Positions 38,920-51,770 of a stretch of 64,000 nucleotides of DNA are shown here, in pieces. The position numbers and the translations under genes are program-made. The DNA lies in the NCBI GenBank assembly GCA_964016885.1, contig OZ024741.1, positions 72,106,001 through 72,170,000 of the forward strand, in the 5' to 3' direction. The notes under the pieces are model-generated. The model was not told the origin of the DNA. It saw only the letters and a program-made list of their open reading frames with translations, and did no database searches. Position 1 is the stretch's first letter; each line of letters begins with the position of its first letter. Origin of the DNA: Eledone cirrhosa. Its lineage: Eukaryota.

Positions 38920-41900
38920 GACTGGGAGAGACAGTGTTTTTATGGTGGTGTTGTAGTTTCTTGATTGACTGGGAGAGAGTGTTTTTATGGTGGTGTTGTA
39001 GTGTCTTGATTGCCTGGGAGAGACAGTGTTTTTATGGTGGTGTTGTAGTGACTTGATTGACTGGGAGAGACAGTGTTTTTATGGTGGTGTTGTTGTGTCT
39101 TGATTGACTGGTAGAGACAGTGTTTTTATTGTGGTGTTGTAGTGTCTTGATTGACTCGAAGAGACAGTGTTTTTATGGTGGTGTTGTAGTGTCTTGATTT
39201 ACTGGGAGAGGCAGTGTTTTTATGGCGGTGTTGTAGTGTCTTGATTGACTGGGAGAGAGAGTTTTTGTATGGTGGTGTGGTATTGACTTGATTGACTGGG
39301 AGAGACAGTGTTTTTATGGTGCTGTTGTAGTGTCTTGATTGACTGGGAGAGACACTGTTTTTATGGTGGTGTTGTTGTGTCTTGATTGACTCGAAGAGAC
39401 AGTGTTTTTATGGTGGTGTTGTGTCCTGATTTACTGGGAGAGGCAGTGTTTTTATGGTGGTGTTGTTGTGTCTTGATTGACTGGTAGAGACAGTTTTTTT
39501 ATTGTGGTGTTGTAGTGTCTTGATTGACTCGAAGAGACAGTGTTTTTATGGTGGTGTTGTAGTGTCTTGATTTACTGGGAGAGGCAGTGTTTTTATGGCG
39601 GTGTTGTAGTGTCTTGATTGACTGGGAGAGACAGTGTTTTTATGGGGTGTTGTCGTGTCTTGATTGACTGGGAGAGACAGTGTTTTTATTGTGGTGTTGT
39701 AGTGTCTTGATTAACTCGAAGAGACAGTGTTTTTATGGTGGTGTTGTAGTGTCTTGATTTACTGGGAGAGGCAGTGTTTTTATGGCGGTTTTGTAGTTTC
39801 TTGATTGACTGGGAGAGACAGTGTTTTTATGGTGGTGTTGTAGACTCTTGATTGACTGGGAGAGAGTGTTTTTATGGTGGTATTGTAGTGTCTTGAATGA
39901 CTGGGAGAGAGAATGTTTTCATGGTGGTGTTGTAGTGTCTTAATTGAATGGGAGAGTGTGTTTTTATGGTGGTGTTGTAGTGTTTTAATTGAATGGGAGA
40001 GTGCGTTTTTATGGTGGTTTTGTAGTGTCTTGATTTACTGGGAGAGGCAGTGTTTTTATCGCGGTGTTGTAGTTTCTTGATTGACTGGGAGAGACAGTGT
40101 TTTTATGGTGGTGTTGTAGACTCTTGATTGACTGGGAGAGAGTGTTTTTATGGTGGTATTGTAGTGTCTTGATTGACTGGGAGAGAGAATATTTTTATGG
40201 TGGTGTTGTAGTGTCTTAATTGAATGGGAGAGTGTGTTTTTATGGTGCTGTTGTAGTGTCTTGATTGACTGGGAGAGACAGTGTTTTTATGGTGGTGGTG
40301 TAGAGTCTTGATTGACTGGGAGAAAGTGTTTTTATGGTGGTGTTGTAGAGTATTGATTGACTGGGAGAGACAGTGTTTTTATGGTGGTGTTGTAGTGTCT
40401 TGATTGACTGGGAGAGACAGTGTTTTTATGGTGGTGTTGTAGTGTCTTGATTGACTCGAAGAGACAGTGTTTTTATGGTGGTGTTGTAGTGTCTTGATTT
40501 ACTGGGAGAGGCAGTGTTTTTATGGCGGTGTTGTAGTTTCTTGATTGACTGGGAGAGACAGTGTTTTTATGGTGGTGTTGTAGACTCTTGATTGACGGGG
40601 AGAGAGTGTTTTTATGGTGGTATTGTAGTGTCTTGATTGACTGGGAGAGAGAGTGTTTTTATGGCGGTGTTGTAGTGTCTTAATTGAATGGGAGAGTGTG
40701 TTTTTATGGTGGTATTGTAGTGTCTTAATTGAATGGGAGAGTGTGTTTTTATGGTGGTTTTGTAGTGTCTTGATTGACTGGGAGAGAGTGTTTTTATGGT
40801 GGTGTTGGAGTGTCTTGATTGACTCGGAGAGAGAGTTTTTGTATGGTGGTGTTGTATTGACTTGATTGACTGGGAGAGACAGTGTTTTTATGGTGCTGTT
40901 GTAGTGTCTTGATTGACTGGGAGAGACACTGTTTTTATGGTGGTGTTGTTGTGTCTTGATTGACTCGAAGAGACAGTGTTTTTATGGTGGTGTTGTAGTG
41001 TCCTGATTTACTGGGAGAGGCAGTGTTTTTATGGCGGTGTTGTAGTGTCTTGATTGACTGGGAGAGGCAGTGTTTTTATGGTGGTGTTGTAGTTGCTTGA
41101 ATGACTGGGAGAGACAGTGTTTTTATGGTGGTGTTGTAGTGTCTTGATTGACTGGGAGAGACACTGTTTTTATGGTGGTGTTGTAGTTTCTTGATTGACT
41201 GGCAGAGACAGTGTTTTTATGGTGGTGTTGTAGTTTCTTGATTGACTGGGAGAGAGTGTTTTTATGGTGGTGTTGTAGTGTCTTGATTGACTGGGAGAGA
41301 CAGTGTTTTTATGGTGGTGTTGTAGTGACTTGATTGACTGGGAGAGACAGTGTTTTTATGGTGGTGTTGTTGTGTCTTGATTGACTGGTAGAGACAGTGT
41401 TTTTATTGTGGTGTTGTAGTGTCTTGATTGACTGGGAGAGAGTGTTTTTATGATGGTGTTGTAGAGTATTGATTGACTGGGAGAGACAGTGTTTTTATGG
41501 TGGTGTTGTAGTGTCTTGATTGACTGGGAGAGGCAGTGTTTTTATGGTGGTGTTGTAGTTGCTTGATTGACTGGGAGAGACAGTGTTTTTATTATGGTGG
41601 TGATGTAGTGTCTTGATTGACTGGGAAGGCAGTGTTTTTATGGTAATGTGTTAGTGACTTGATTGACTGGGAGAGACACTGCTTTTATGGTGCTGTTGTT
41701 GTGTCTTGATTGACTGGGAGAGACCGTGTTTTTATGGTGGTGTTGTTTTGTCTTGATTGACTGGTAGAGACAGTGTTTTTATTGTGGTGTTGTAGTGTCT
41801 TGATTGAGTGGGAGAGAGTGTTTTTATGGTGGTGTTGTTGTATCTTAATTTACTGGGAGAGGCAGTGTTTTTATGGCGGTGTCGTAATTTCTTGATTGAC

Positions 41901-44900
41901 TGGGAGAGACAGTGTTTTTATGGTGGTGCTGTAGTGTCTTGATTGACTGGGAGAGGCAGTGTTTTTATGGTGGTGTTGTAGTTGCTTGATTGACTGGGAG
42001 AGACAGTGTTTTTATGGTGGTGTTGTAGTGTCTTGATTGACTGGGAGAGACAGTGTTTTTATGGTTGTGTTGTAGTGACTTGATTGACTGGGAGAGACAG
42101 TGTTTTTATGGTGGTTTTGTAGTGTCTTGATTGACTGGGAAAGACAGTGTTTTTATGGTGGTGTTGTTGTGTCTTGATTGACTGGGAGAGACAGTGTTTT
42201 TATTGTGGTGTTGTAGTGTCTTGATTGACTGGGAGAGACACTGTTTTTATGGTGGTGTTGTTGTGTCTTGATTGACTCGAAGAGACAGTGTTTTTATGGT
42301 GGTGTTGTAGTGTCCTGATTTACTGGGAGAGGCAGTGTTTTTATGGCGGTGTTGTAGTGTCTTGATTGACTGGGAGAGGCAGTGTTTTTATGGTGGTGTT
42401 GTAGTTACTTGAATGACTGGGAGAGACAGTGTTTTTATGGTGGTGTTGTAGTGTCTTGATTGACTGGGAGAGACAGTGTTTTTATGGTGGTGTTGTAGTT
42501 TCTTGATTGACTGGGAGAGAGTGTTTTTATGGTGGTGTTGTAGTGTCTTGATTGCCTGGGAGAGACAGTGTTTTTATGGTGGTGTTGTAGTGACTTGATT
42601 GACTGGGAGAGACAGTGTTTTTATGGTGGTGTTGTTGTGTCTTGATTGACTGGTAGAGACAGTGTTTTTATTGTGGTGTTGTAGTGTCTTGATTGACTCG
42701 AAGAGACAGTGTTTTTATGGTGGTGTTGTAGTGTCTTGATTTACTGGGAGAGGCAGTGTTTTTATGGCGGTGTTGTAGTGTCTTGATTGACTGGGAGAGA
42801 CAGTGTTTTTATGGGGTGTTGTCGTGTCTTGATTGACTGGGAGAGACAGTGTTTTTATTGTGGTGTTGTAGTGTCTTGATTAACTCGAAGAGACAGTGTT
42901 TTTATGGTGGTGTTGTAGTGTCTTGATTTACTGGGAGAGGCAGTGTTTTTATGGCGGTTTTGTAGTTTCTTGATTGACTGGGAGAGACAGTGTTTTTATG
43001 GTGGTGTTGTAGACTCTTGATTGACTGGGAGAGAGTGTTTTTATGGTGGTATTGTAGTGTCTTGAATGACTGGGAGAGAGAATGTTTTCATGGTGGTGTT
43101 GTAGTGTCTTAATTGAATGGGAGAGTGTGTTTTTATGGTGGTGTTGTAGTGTTTTAATTGAATGGGAGAGTGCGTTTTTATGGTGGTTTTGTAGCGTCTT
43201 GATTTACTGGGAGAGGCAGTGTTTTTATCGCGGTGTTGTAGTTTCTTGATTGACTGGGAGAGACAGTGTTTTTATGGTGGTGTTGTAGACTCTTGATTGA
43301 CTGGGAGAGAGTGTTTTTATGGTGGTATTGTAGTGTCTTGATTGACTGGGAGAGAGAATATTTTTATGGTGGTGTTGTAGTGTCTTAATTGAATGGGAGA
43401 GTGTGTTTTTATGGTGCTGTTGTAGTGTCTTGATTGACTGGGAGAGACAGTGTTTTTATGGTGGTGGTGTAGAGTCTTGATTGACTGGGAGAAAGTGTTT
43501 TTATGGTGGTGTTGTAGAGTATTGATTGACTGGGAGAGACAGTGTTTTTATGGTGGTGTTGTAGTGTCTTGATTGACTGGGAGAGACAGTGTTTTTATGG
43601 TGGTGTTGTAGTGTCTTGATTGACTCGAAGAGACAGTGTTTTTATGGTGGTGTTGTAGTGTCTTGATTTACTGGGAGAGGCAGTGTTTTTATGGCGGTGT
43701 TGTAGTTTCTTGATTGACTGGGAGAGACAGTGTTTTTATGGTGGTGTTGTAGACTCTTGATTGACGGGGAGAGAGTGTTTTTATGGTGGTATTGTAGTGT
43801 CTTGATTGACTGGGAGAGAGAGTGTTTTTATGGCGGTGTTGTAGTGTCTTAATTGAATGGGAGAGTGTGTTTTTATGGTGGTATTGTAGTGTCTTAATTG
43901 AATGGGAGAGTGTGTTTTTATGGTGGTTTTGTAGTGTCTTGATTGACTGGGAGAGAGTGTTTTTATGGTGGTGTTGGAGTGTCTTGATTGACTCGGAGAG
44001 AGAGTTTTTGTATGGTGGTGTTGTATTGACTTGATTGACTGGGAGAGACAGTGTTTTTATGGTGCTGTTGTAGTGTCTTGATTGACTGGGAGAGACACTG
44101 TTTTTATGGTGGTGTTGTTGTGTCTTGATTGACTCGAAGAGACAGTGTTTTTATGGTGGTGTTGTAGTGTCCTGATTTACTGGGAGAGGCAGTGTTTTTA
44201 TGGCGGTGTTGTAGTGTCTTGATTGACTGGGAGAGGCAGTGTTTTTATGGTGGTGTTGTAGTTGCTTGAATGACTGGGAGAGACAGTGTTTTTATGGTGG
44301 TGTTGTAGTGTCTTGATTGACTGGGAGAGACACTGTTTTTATGGTGGTGTTGTAGTTTCTTGATTGACTGGCAGAGACAGTGTTTTTATGGTGGTGTTGT
44401 AGTTTCTTGATTGACTGGGAGAGAGTGTTTTTATGGTGGTGTTGTAGTGTCTTGATTGACTGGGAGAGACAGTGTTTTTATGGTGGTGTTGTAGTGACTT
44501 GATTGACTGGGAGAGACAGTGTTTTTATGGTGGTGTTGTTGTGTCTTGATTGACTGGTAGAGACAGTGTTTTTATTGTGGTGTTGTAGTGTCTTGATTGA
44601 CTGGGAGAGAGTGTTTTTATGATGGTGTTGTAGAGTATTGATTGACTGGGAGAGACAGTGTTTTTATGGTGGTGTTGTAGTGTCTTGATTGACTGGGAGA
44701 GGCAGTGTTTTTATGGTGGTGTTGTAGTTGCTTGATTGACTGGGAGAGACAGTGTTTTTATTATGGTGGTGATGTAGTGTCTTGATTGACTGGGAAGGCA
44801 GTGTTTTTATGGTGGTGTGGTAGTGACTTGATTGACTGGGAGAGACACTGCTTTTATGGTGCTGTTGTTGTGTCTTGATTGACTGGGAGAGACCGTGTTT

Positions 44901-47900
44901 TTATGGTGGTGTTGTAGTTGCTTGAATGACTGGGAGAGACAGTGTTTTTATGGTGGTGTTGTAGTTTCTTGATTGACTGGGAGAGAGTGTTTTTATGGTG
45001 GTGTTGTAGTGTCTTGATTGCCTGGGAGAGACAGTGTTTTTATGGTGGTGTTGTAGTGACTTGATTGACTGGGAGAGACAGTGTTTTTATGGTGGTGTTG
45101 TTGTGTCTTGATTGACTGGTAGAGACAGTGTTTTTATTGTGGTGTTGTAGTGTCTTGATTGACTCGAAGAGACAGTGTTTTTATGGTGGTGTTGTAGTGT
45201 CTTGATTTACTGGGAGAGGCAGTGTTTTTATGGCGGTGTTGTAGTGTCTTGATTGACTGGGAGAGAGAGTTTTTGTATGGTGGTGTTGTATTGACTTGAT
45301 TGACTGGGAGAGACAGTGTTTTTATGGTGCTGTTGTAGTGTCTTGATTGACTGGGAGAGACACTGTTTTTATGGTGGTGTTGTTGTGTCTTGATTGACTC
45401 GAAGAGACAGTGTTTTTATGGTGGTGTTGTGTCCTGATTTACTGGGAGAGGCAGTGTTTTTATGGTGGTGTTGTTGTGTCTTGATTGACTGGTAGAGACA
45501 GTTTTTTTATTGTGGTGTTGTAGTGTCTTGATTGACTCGAAGAGACAGTGTTTTTATGGTGGTGTTGTAGTGTCTTGATTTACTGGGAGAGGCAGTGTTT
45601 TTATGGCGGTGTTGTAGTGTCTTGATTGACTGGGAGAGACAGTGTTTTTATGGGGTGTTGTCGTGTCTTGATTGACTGGGAGAGACAGTGTTTTTATTGT
45701 GGTGTTGTAGTGTCTTGATTAACTCGAAGAGACAGTGTTTTTATGGTGGTGTTGTAGTGTCTTGATTTACTGGGAGAGGCAGTGTTTTTATGGCGGTTTT
45801 GTAGTTTCTTGATTGACTGGGAGAGACAGTGTTTTTATGGTGGTGTTGTAGACTCTTGATTGACTGGGAGAGAGTGTTTTTATGGTGGTATTGTAGTGTC
45901 TTGAATGACTGGGAGAGAGAATGTTTTCATGGTGGTGTTGTAGTGTCTTAATTGAATGGGAGAGTGTGTTTTTATGGTGGTGTTGTAGTGTTTTAATTGA
46001 ATGGGAGAGTGCGTTTTTATGGTGGTTTTGTAGTGTCTTGATTTACTGGGAGAGGCAGTGTTTTTATCGCGGTGTTGTAGTTTCTTGATTGACTGGGAGA
46101 GACAGTGTTTTTATGGTGGTGTTGTAGACTCTTGATTGACTGGGAGAGAGTGTTTTTATGGTGGTATTGTAGTGTCTTGATTGACTGGGAGAGAGAATAT
46201 TTTTATGGTGGTGTTGTAGTGTCTTAATTGAATGGGAGAGTGTGTTTTTATGGTGCTGTTGTAGTGTCTTGATTGACTGGGAGAGACAGTGTTTTTATGG
46301 TGGTGGTGTAGAGTCTTGATTGACTGGGAGAAAGTGTTTTTATGGTGGTGTTGTAGAGTATTGATTGACTGGGAGAGACAGTGTTTTTATGGTGGTGTTG
46401 TAGTGTCTTGATTGACTGGGAGAGACAGTGTTTTTATGGTGGTGTTGTAGTGTCTTGATTGACTCGAAGAGACAGTGTTTTTATGGTGGTGTTGTAGTGT
46501 CTTGATTTACTGGGAGAGGCAGTGTTTTTATGGCGGTGTTGTAGTTTCTTGATTGACTGGGAGAGACAGTGTTTTTATGGTGGTGTTGTAGACTCTTGAT
46601 TGACGGGGAGAGAGTGTTTTTATGGTGGTATTGTAGTGTCTTGATTGACTGGGAGAGAGAGTGTTTTTATGGCGGTGTTGTAGTGTCTTAATTGAATGGG
46701 AGAGTGTGTTTTTATGGTGGTATTGTAGTGTCTTAATTGAATGGGAGAGTGTGTTTTTATGGTGGTTTTGTAGTGTCTTGATTGACTGGGAGAGAGTGTT
46801 TTTATGGTGGTGTTGGAGTGTCTTGATTGACTCGGAGAGAGAGTTTTTGTATGGTGGTGTTGTATTGACTTGATTGACTGGGAGAGACAGTGTTTTTATG
46901 GTGCTGTTGTAGTGTCTTGATTGACTGGGAGAGACACTGTTTTTATGGTGGTGTTGTTGTGTCTTGATTGACTCGAAGAGACAGTGTTTTTATGGTGGTG
47001 TTGTAGTGTCCTGATTTACTGGGAGAGGCAGTGTTTTTATGGCGGTGTTGTAGTGTCTTGATTGACTGGGAGAGGCAGTGTTTTTATGGTGGTGTTGTAG
47101 TTGCTTGAATGACTGGGAGAGACAGTGTTTTTATGGTGGTGTTGTAGTGTCTTGATTGACTGGGAGAGACACTGTTTTTATGGTGGTGTTGTAGTTTCTT
47201 GATTGACTGGCAGAGACAGTGTTTTTATGGTGGTGTTGTAGTTTCTTGATTGACTGGGAGAGAGTGTTTTTATGGTGGTGTTGTAGTGTCTTGATTGACT
47301 GGGAGAGACAGTGTTTTTATGGTGGTGTTGTAGTGACTTGATTGACTGGGAGAGACAGTGTTTTTATGGTGGTGTTGTTGTGTCTTGATTGACTGGTAGA
47401 GACAGTGTTTTTATTGTGGTGTTGTAGTGTCTTGATTGACTGGGAGAGAGTGTTTTTATGATGGTGTTGTAGAGTATTGATTGACTGGGAGAGACAGTGT
47501 TTTTATGGTGGTGTTGTAGTGTCTTGATTGACTGGGAGAGGCAGTGTTTTTATGGTGGTGTTGTAGTTGCTTGATTGACTGGGAGAGACAGTGTTTTTAT
47601 TATGGTGGTGATGTAGTGTCTTGATTGACTGGGAAGGCAGTGTTTTTATGGTAATGTGCTAGTGACTTGATTGACTGGGAGAGACACTGCTTTTATGGTG
47701 CTGTTGTTGTGTCTTGATTGACTGGGAGAGACCGTGTTTTTATGGTGGTGTTGTTTTGTCTTGATTGACTGGTAGAGACAGTGTTTTTATTGTGGTGTTG
47801 TAGTGTCTTGATTGAGTGGGAGAGAGTGTTTTTATGGTGGTGTTGTTGTATCTTAATTTACTGGGAGAGGCAGTGTTTTTATGGCGGTGTCGTAATTTCT

Positions 47901-50900
47901 TGATTGACTGGGAGAGACAGTGTTTTTATGGTGGTGCTGTAGTGTCTTGATTGACTGGGAGAGGCAGTGTTTTTATGGTGGTGTTGTAGTTGCTTGATTG
48001 ACTGGGAGAGACAGTGTTTTTATGGTGGTGTTGTAGTGTCTTGATTGACTGGGAGAGACAGTGTTTTTATGGTTGTGTTGTAGTGACTTGATTGACTGGG
48101 AGAGACAGTGTTTTTATGGTGGTTTTGTAGTGTCTTGATTGACTGGGAAAGACAGTGTTTTTATGGTGGTGTTGTTGTGTCTTGATTGACTGGGAGAGAC
48201 AGTGTTTTTATTGTGGTGTTGTAGTGTCTTGATTGACTGGGAGAGACACTGTTTTTATGGTGGTGTTGTTGTGTCTTGATTGACTCGAAGAGACAGTGTT
48301 TTTATGGTGGTGTTGTAGTGTCCTGATTTACTGGGAGAGGCAGTGTTTTTATGGCGGTGTTGTAGTGTCTTGATTGACTGGGAGAGGCAGTGTTTTTATG
48401 GTGGTGTTGTAGTTACTTGAATGACTGGGAGAGACAGTGTTTTTATGGTGGTGTTGTAGTGTCTTGATTGACTGGGAGAGACAGTGTTTTTATGGTGGTG
48501 TTGTAGTTTCTTGATTGACTGGGAGAGAGTGTTTTTATGGTGGTGTTGTAGTGTCTTGATTGCCTGGGAGAGACAGTGTTTTTATGGTGGTGTTGTAGTG
48601 ACTTGATTGACTGGGAGAGACAGTGTTTTTATGGTGGTGTTGTTGTGTCTTGATTGACTGGTAGAGACAGTGTTTTTATTGTGGTGTTGTAGTGTCTTGA
48701 TTGACTCGAAGAGACAGTGTTTTTATGGTGGTGTTGTAGTGTCTTGATTTACTGGGAGAGGCAGTGTTTTTATGGCGGTGTTGTAGTGTCTTGATTGACT
48801 GGGAGAGACAGTGTTTTTATGGGGTGTTGTCGTGTCTTGATTGACTGGGAGAGACAGTGTTTTTATTGTGGTGTTGTAGTGTCTTGATTAACTCGAAGAG
48901 ACAGTGTTTTTATGGTGGTGTTGTAGTGTCTTGATTTACTGGGAGAGGCAGTGTTTTTATGGCGGTTTTGTAGTTTCTTGATTGACTGGGAGAGACAGTG
49001 TTTTTATGGTGGTGTTGTAGACTCTTGATTGACTGGGAGAGAGTGTTTTTATGGTGGTATTGTAGTGTCTTGAATGACTGGGAGAGAGAATGTTTTCATG
49101 GTGGTGTTGTAGTGTCTTAATTGAATGGGAGAGTGTGTTTTTATGGTGGTGTTGTAGTGTTTTAATTGAATGGGAGAGTGCGTTTTTATGGTGGTTTTGT
49201 AGTGTCTTGATTTACTGGGAGAGGCAGTGTTTTTATCGCGGTGTTGTAGTTTCTTGATTGACTGGGAGAGACAGTGTTTTTATGGTGGTGTTGTAGACTC
49301 TTGATTGACTGGGAGAGAGTGTTTTTATGGTGGTATTGTAGTGTCTTGATTGACTGGGAGAGAGAATATTTTTATGGTGGTGTTGTAGTGTCTTAATTGA
49401 ATGGGAGAGTGTGTTTTTATGGTGCTGTTGTAGTGTCTTGATTGACTGGGAGAGACAGTGTTTTTATGGTGGTGGTGTAGAGTCTTGATTGACTGGGAGA
49501 AAGTGTTTTTATGGTGGTGTTGTAGAGTATTGATTGACTGGGAGAGACAGTGTTTTTATGGTGGTGTTGTAGTGTCTTGATTGACTGGGAGAGACAGTGT
49601 TTTTATGGTGGTGTTGTAGTGTCTTGATTGACTCGAAGAGACAGTGTTTTTATGGTGGTGTTGTAGTGTCTTGATTTACTGGGAGAGGCAGTGTTTTTAT
49701 GGCGGTGTTGTAGTTTCTTGATTGACTGGGAGAGACAGTGTTTTTATGGTGGTGTTGTAGACTCTTGATTGACGGGGAGAGAGTGTTTTTATGGTGGTAT
49801 TGTAGTGTCTTGATTGACTGGGAGAGAGAGTGTTTTTATGGCGGTGTTGTAGTGTCTTAATTGAATGGGAGAGTGTGTTTTTATGGTGGTATTGTAGTGT
49901 CTTAATTGAATGGGAGAGTGTGTTTTTATGGTGGTTTTGTAGTGTCTTGATTGACTGGGAGAGAGTGTTTTTATGGTGGTGTTGGAGTGTCTTGATTGAC
50001 TCGGAGAGAGAGTTTTTGTATGGTGGTGTTGTATTGACTTGATTGACTGGGAGAGACAGTGTTTTTATGTTGCTGTTGTAGTGTCTTGATTGACTGGGAG
50101 AGACACTGTTTTTATGGTGGTGTTGTTGTGTCTTGATTGACTCGAAGAGACAGTGTTTTTATGGTGGTGTTGTAGTGTCCTGATTTACTGGGAGAGGCAG
50201 TGTTTTTATGGCGGTGTTGTAGTGTCTTGATTGACTGGGAGAGGCAGTGTTTTTATGGTGGTGTTGTAGTTGCTTGAATGACTGGGAGAGACAGTGTTTT
50301 TATGGTGGTGTTGTAGTGTCTTGATTGACTGGGAGAGACACTGTTTTTATGGTGGTGTTGTAGTTTCTTGATTGACTGGCAGAGACAGTGTTTTTATGGT
50401 GGTGTTGTAGTTTCTTGATTGACTGGGAGAGAGTGTTTTTATGGTGGTGTTGTAGTGTCTTGATTGACTGGGAGAGACAGTGTTTTTATGGTGGTGTTGT
50501 AGTGACTTGATTGACTGGGAGAGACAGTGTTTTTATGGTGGTGTTGTTGTGTCTTGATTGACTGGTAGAGACAGTGTTTTTATTGTGGTGTTGTAGTGTC
50601 TTGATTGACTGGGAGAGAGTGTTTTTATGATGGTGTTGTAGAGTATTGATTGACTGGGAGAGACAGTGTTTTTATGGTGGTGTTGTAGTGTCTTGATTGA
50701 CTGGGAGAGGCAGTGTTTTTATGGTGGTGTTGTAGTTGCTTGATTGACTGGGAGAGACAGTGTTTTTATTATGGTGGTGATGTAGTGTCTTGATTGACTG
50801 GGAAGGCAGTGTTTTTATGGTGGTGTGGTAGTGACTTGATTGACTGGGAGAGACACTGCTTTTATGGTGCTGTTGTTGTGTCTTGATTGACTGGGAGAGA

Positions 50901-50923
50901 CCGTGTTTTTATGGTGGTGTTGT
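38920..50923 (+). repeat. Tandem higher-order duplication, period 6008 bp, two copies, built from related 3169-bp and 2839-bp subunits
   Basis: TGGTAATG at 41641 and 47649; CCTGGG at 39013 and 45021; ORF hits at 40653/46661 and 43822/49830. All offsets are 6008. Confidence 0.92.
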
Positions 50924-51770
50924 TTTGTCTTGATTGACTGGTAGAGACAGTGTTTTTATTGTGGTGTTGTAGTGTCTTGATTGAGTGGGAGAGAGTGTTT
51001 TTATGGTGGTGTTGTTGTATCTTAATTTACTGGGAGAGGCAGTGTTTTTATGGCGGTGTCGTAATTTCTTGATTGACTGGGAGAGACAGTGTTTTTATGG
51101 TGGTGCTGTAGTGTCTTGATTGACTGGGAGAGGCAGTGTTTTTATGGTGGTGTTGTAGTTGCTTGATTGACTGGGAGAGACAGTGTTTTTATGGTGGTGT
51201 TGTAGTGTCTTGATTGACTGGGAGAGACAGTGTTTTTATGGTTGTGTTGTAGTGACTTGATTGACTGGGAGAGACAGTGTTTTTATGGTGGTTTTGTAGT
51301 GTCTTGATTGACTGGGAAAGACAGTGTTTTTATGGTGGTGTTGTTGTGTCTTGATTGACTGGGAGAGACAGTGTTTTTATTGTGGTGTTGTAGTGTCTTG
51401 ATTGACTGGGAGAGACACTGTTTTTATGGTGGTGTTGTTGTGTCTTGATTGACTCGAAGAGACAGTGTTTTTATGGTGGTGTTGTAGTGTCCTGATTTAC
51501 TGGGAGAGGCAGTGTTTTTATGGCGGTGTTGTAGTGTCTTGATTGACTGGGAGAGGCAGTGTTTTTATGGTGGTGTTGTAGTTACTTGAATGACTGGGAG
51601 AGACAGTGTTTTTATGGTGGTGTTGTAGTGTCTTGATTGACTGGGAGAGACAGTGTTTTTATGGTGGTGTTGTAGTTTCTTGATTGACTGGGAGAGAGTG
51701 TTTTTATGGTGGTGTTGTAGTGTCTTGATTGCCTGGGAGAGACAGTGTTTTTATGGTGGTGTTGTAGTGA

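Noticed and set aside
21852-50042. Eight identical 70-aa W/C/F-rich ORFs (plus a ninth starting near 63830, truncated by the window end)
   Set aside because: They arise where consecutive 45-bp (frame-preserving) monomers extend the one stop-free + strand frame of the repeat. They start at GTG, have no unique flanking or regulatory context, and are identical only because the HOR blocks are recent copies. They are useful only as positional markers.
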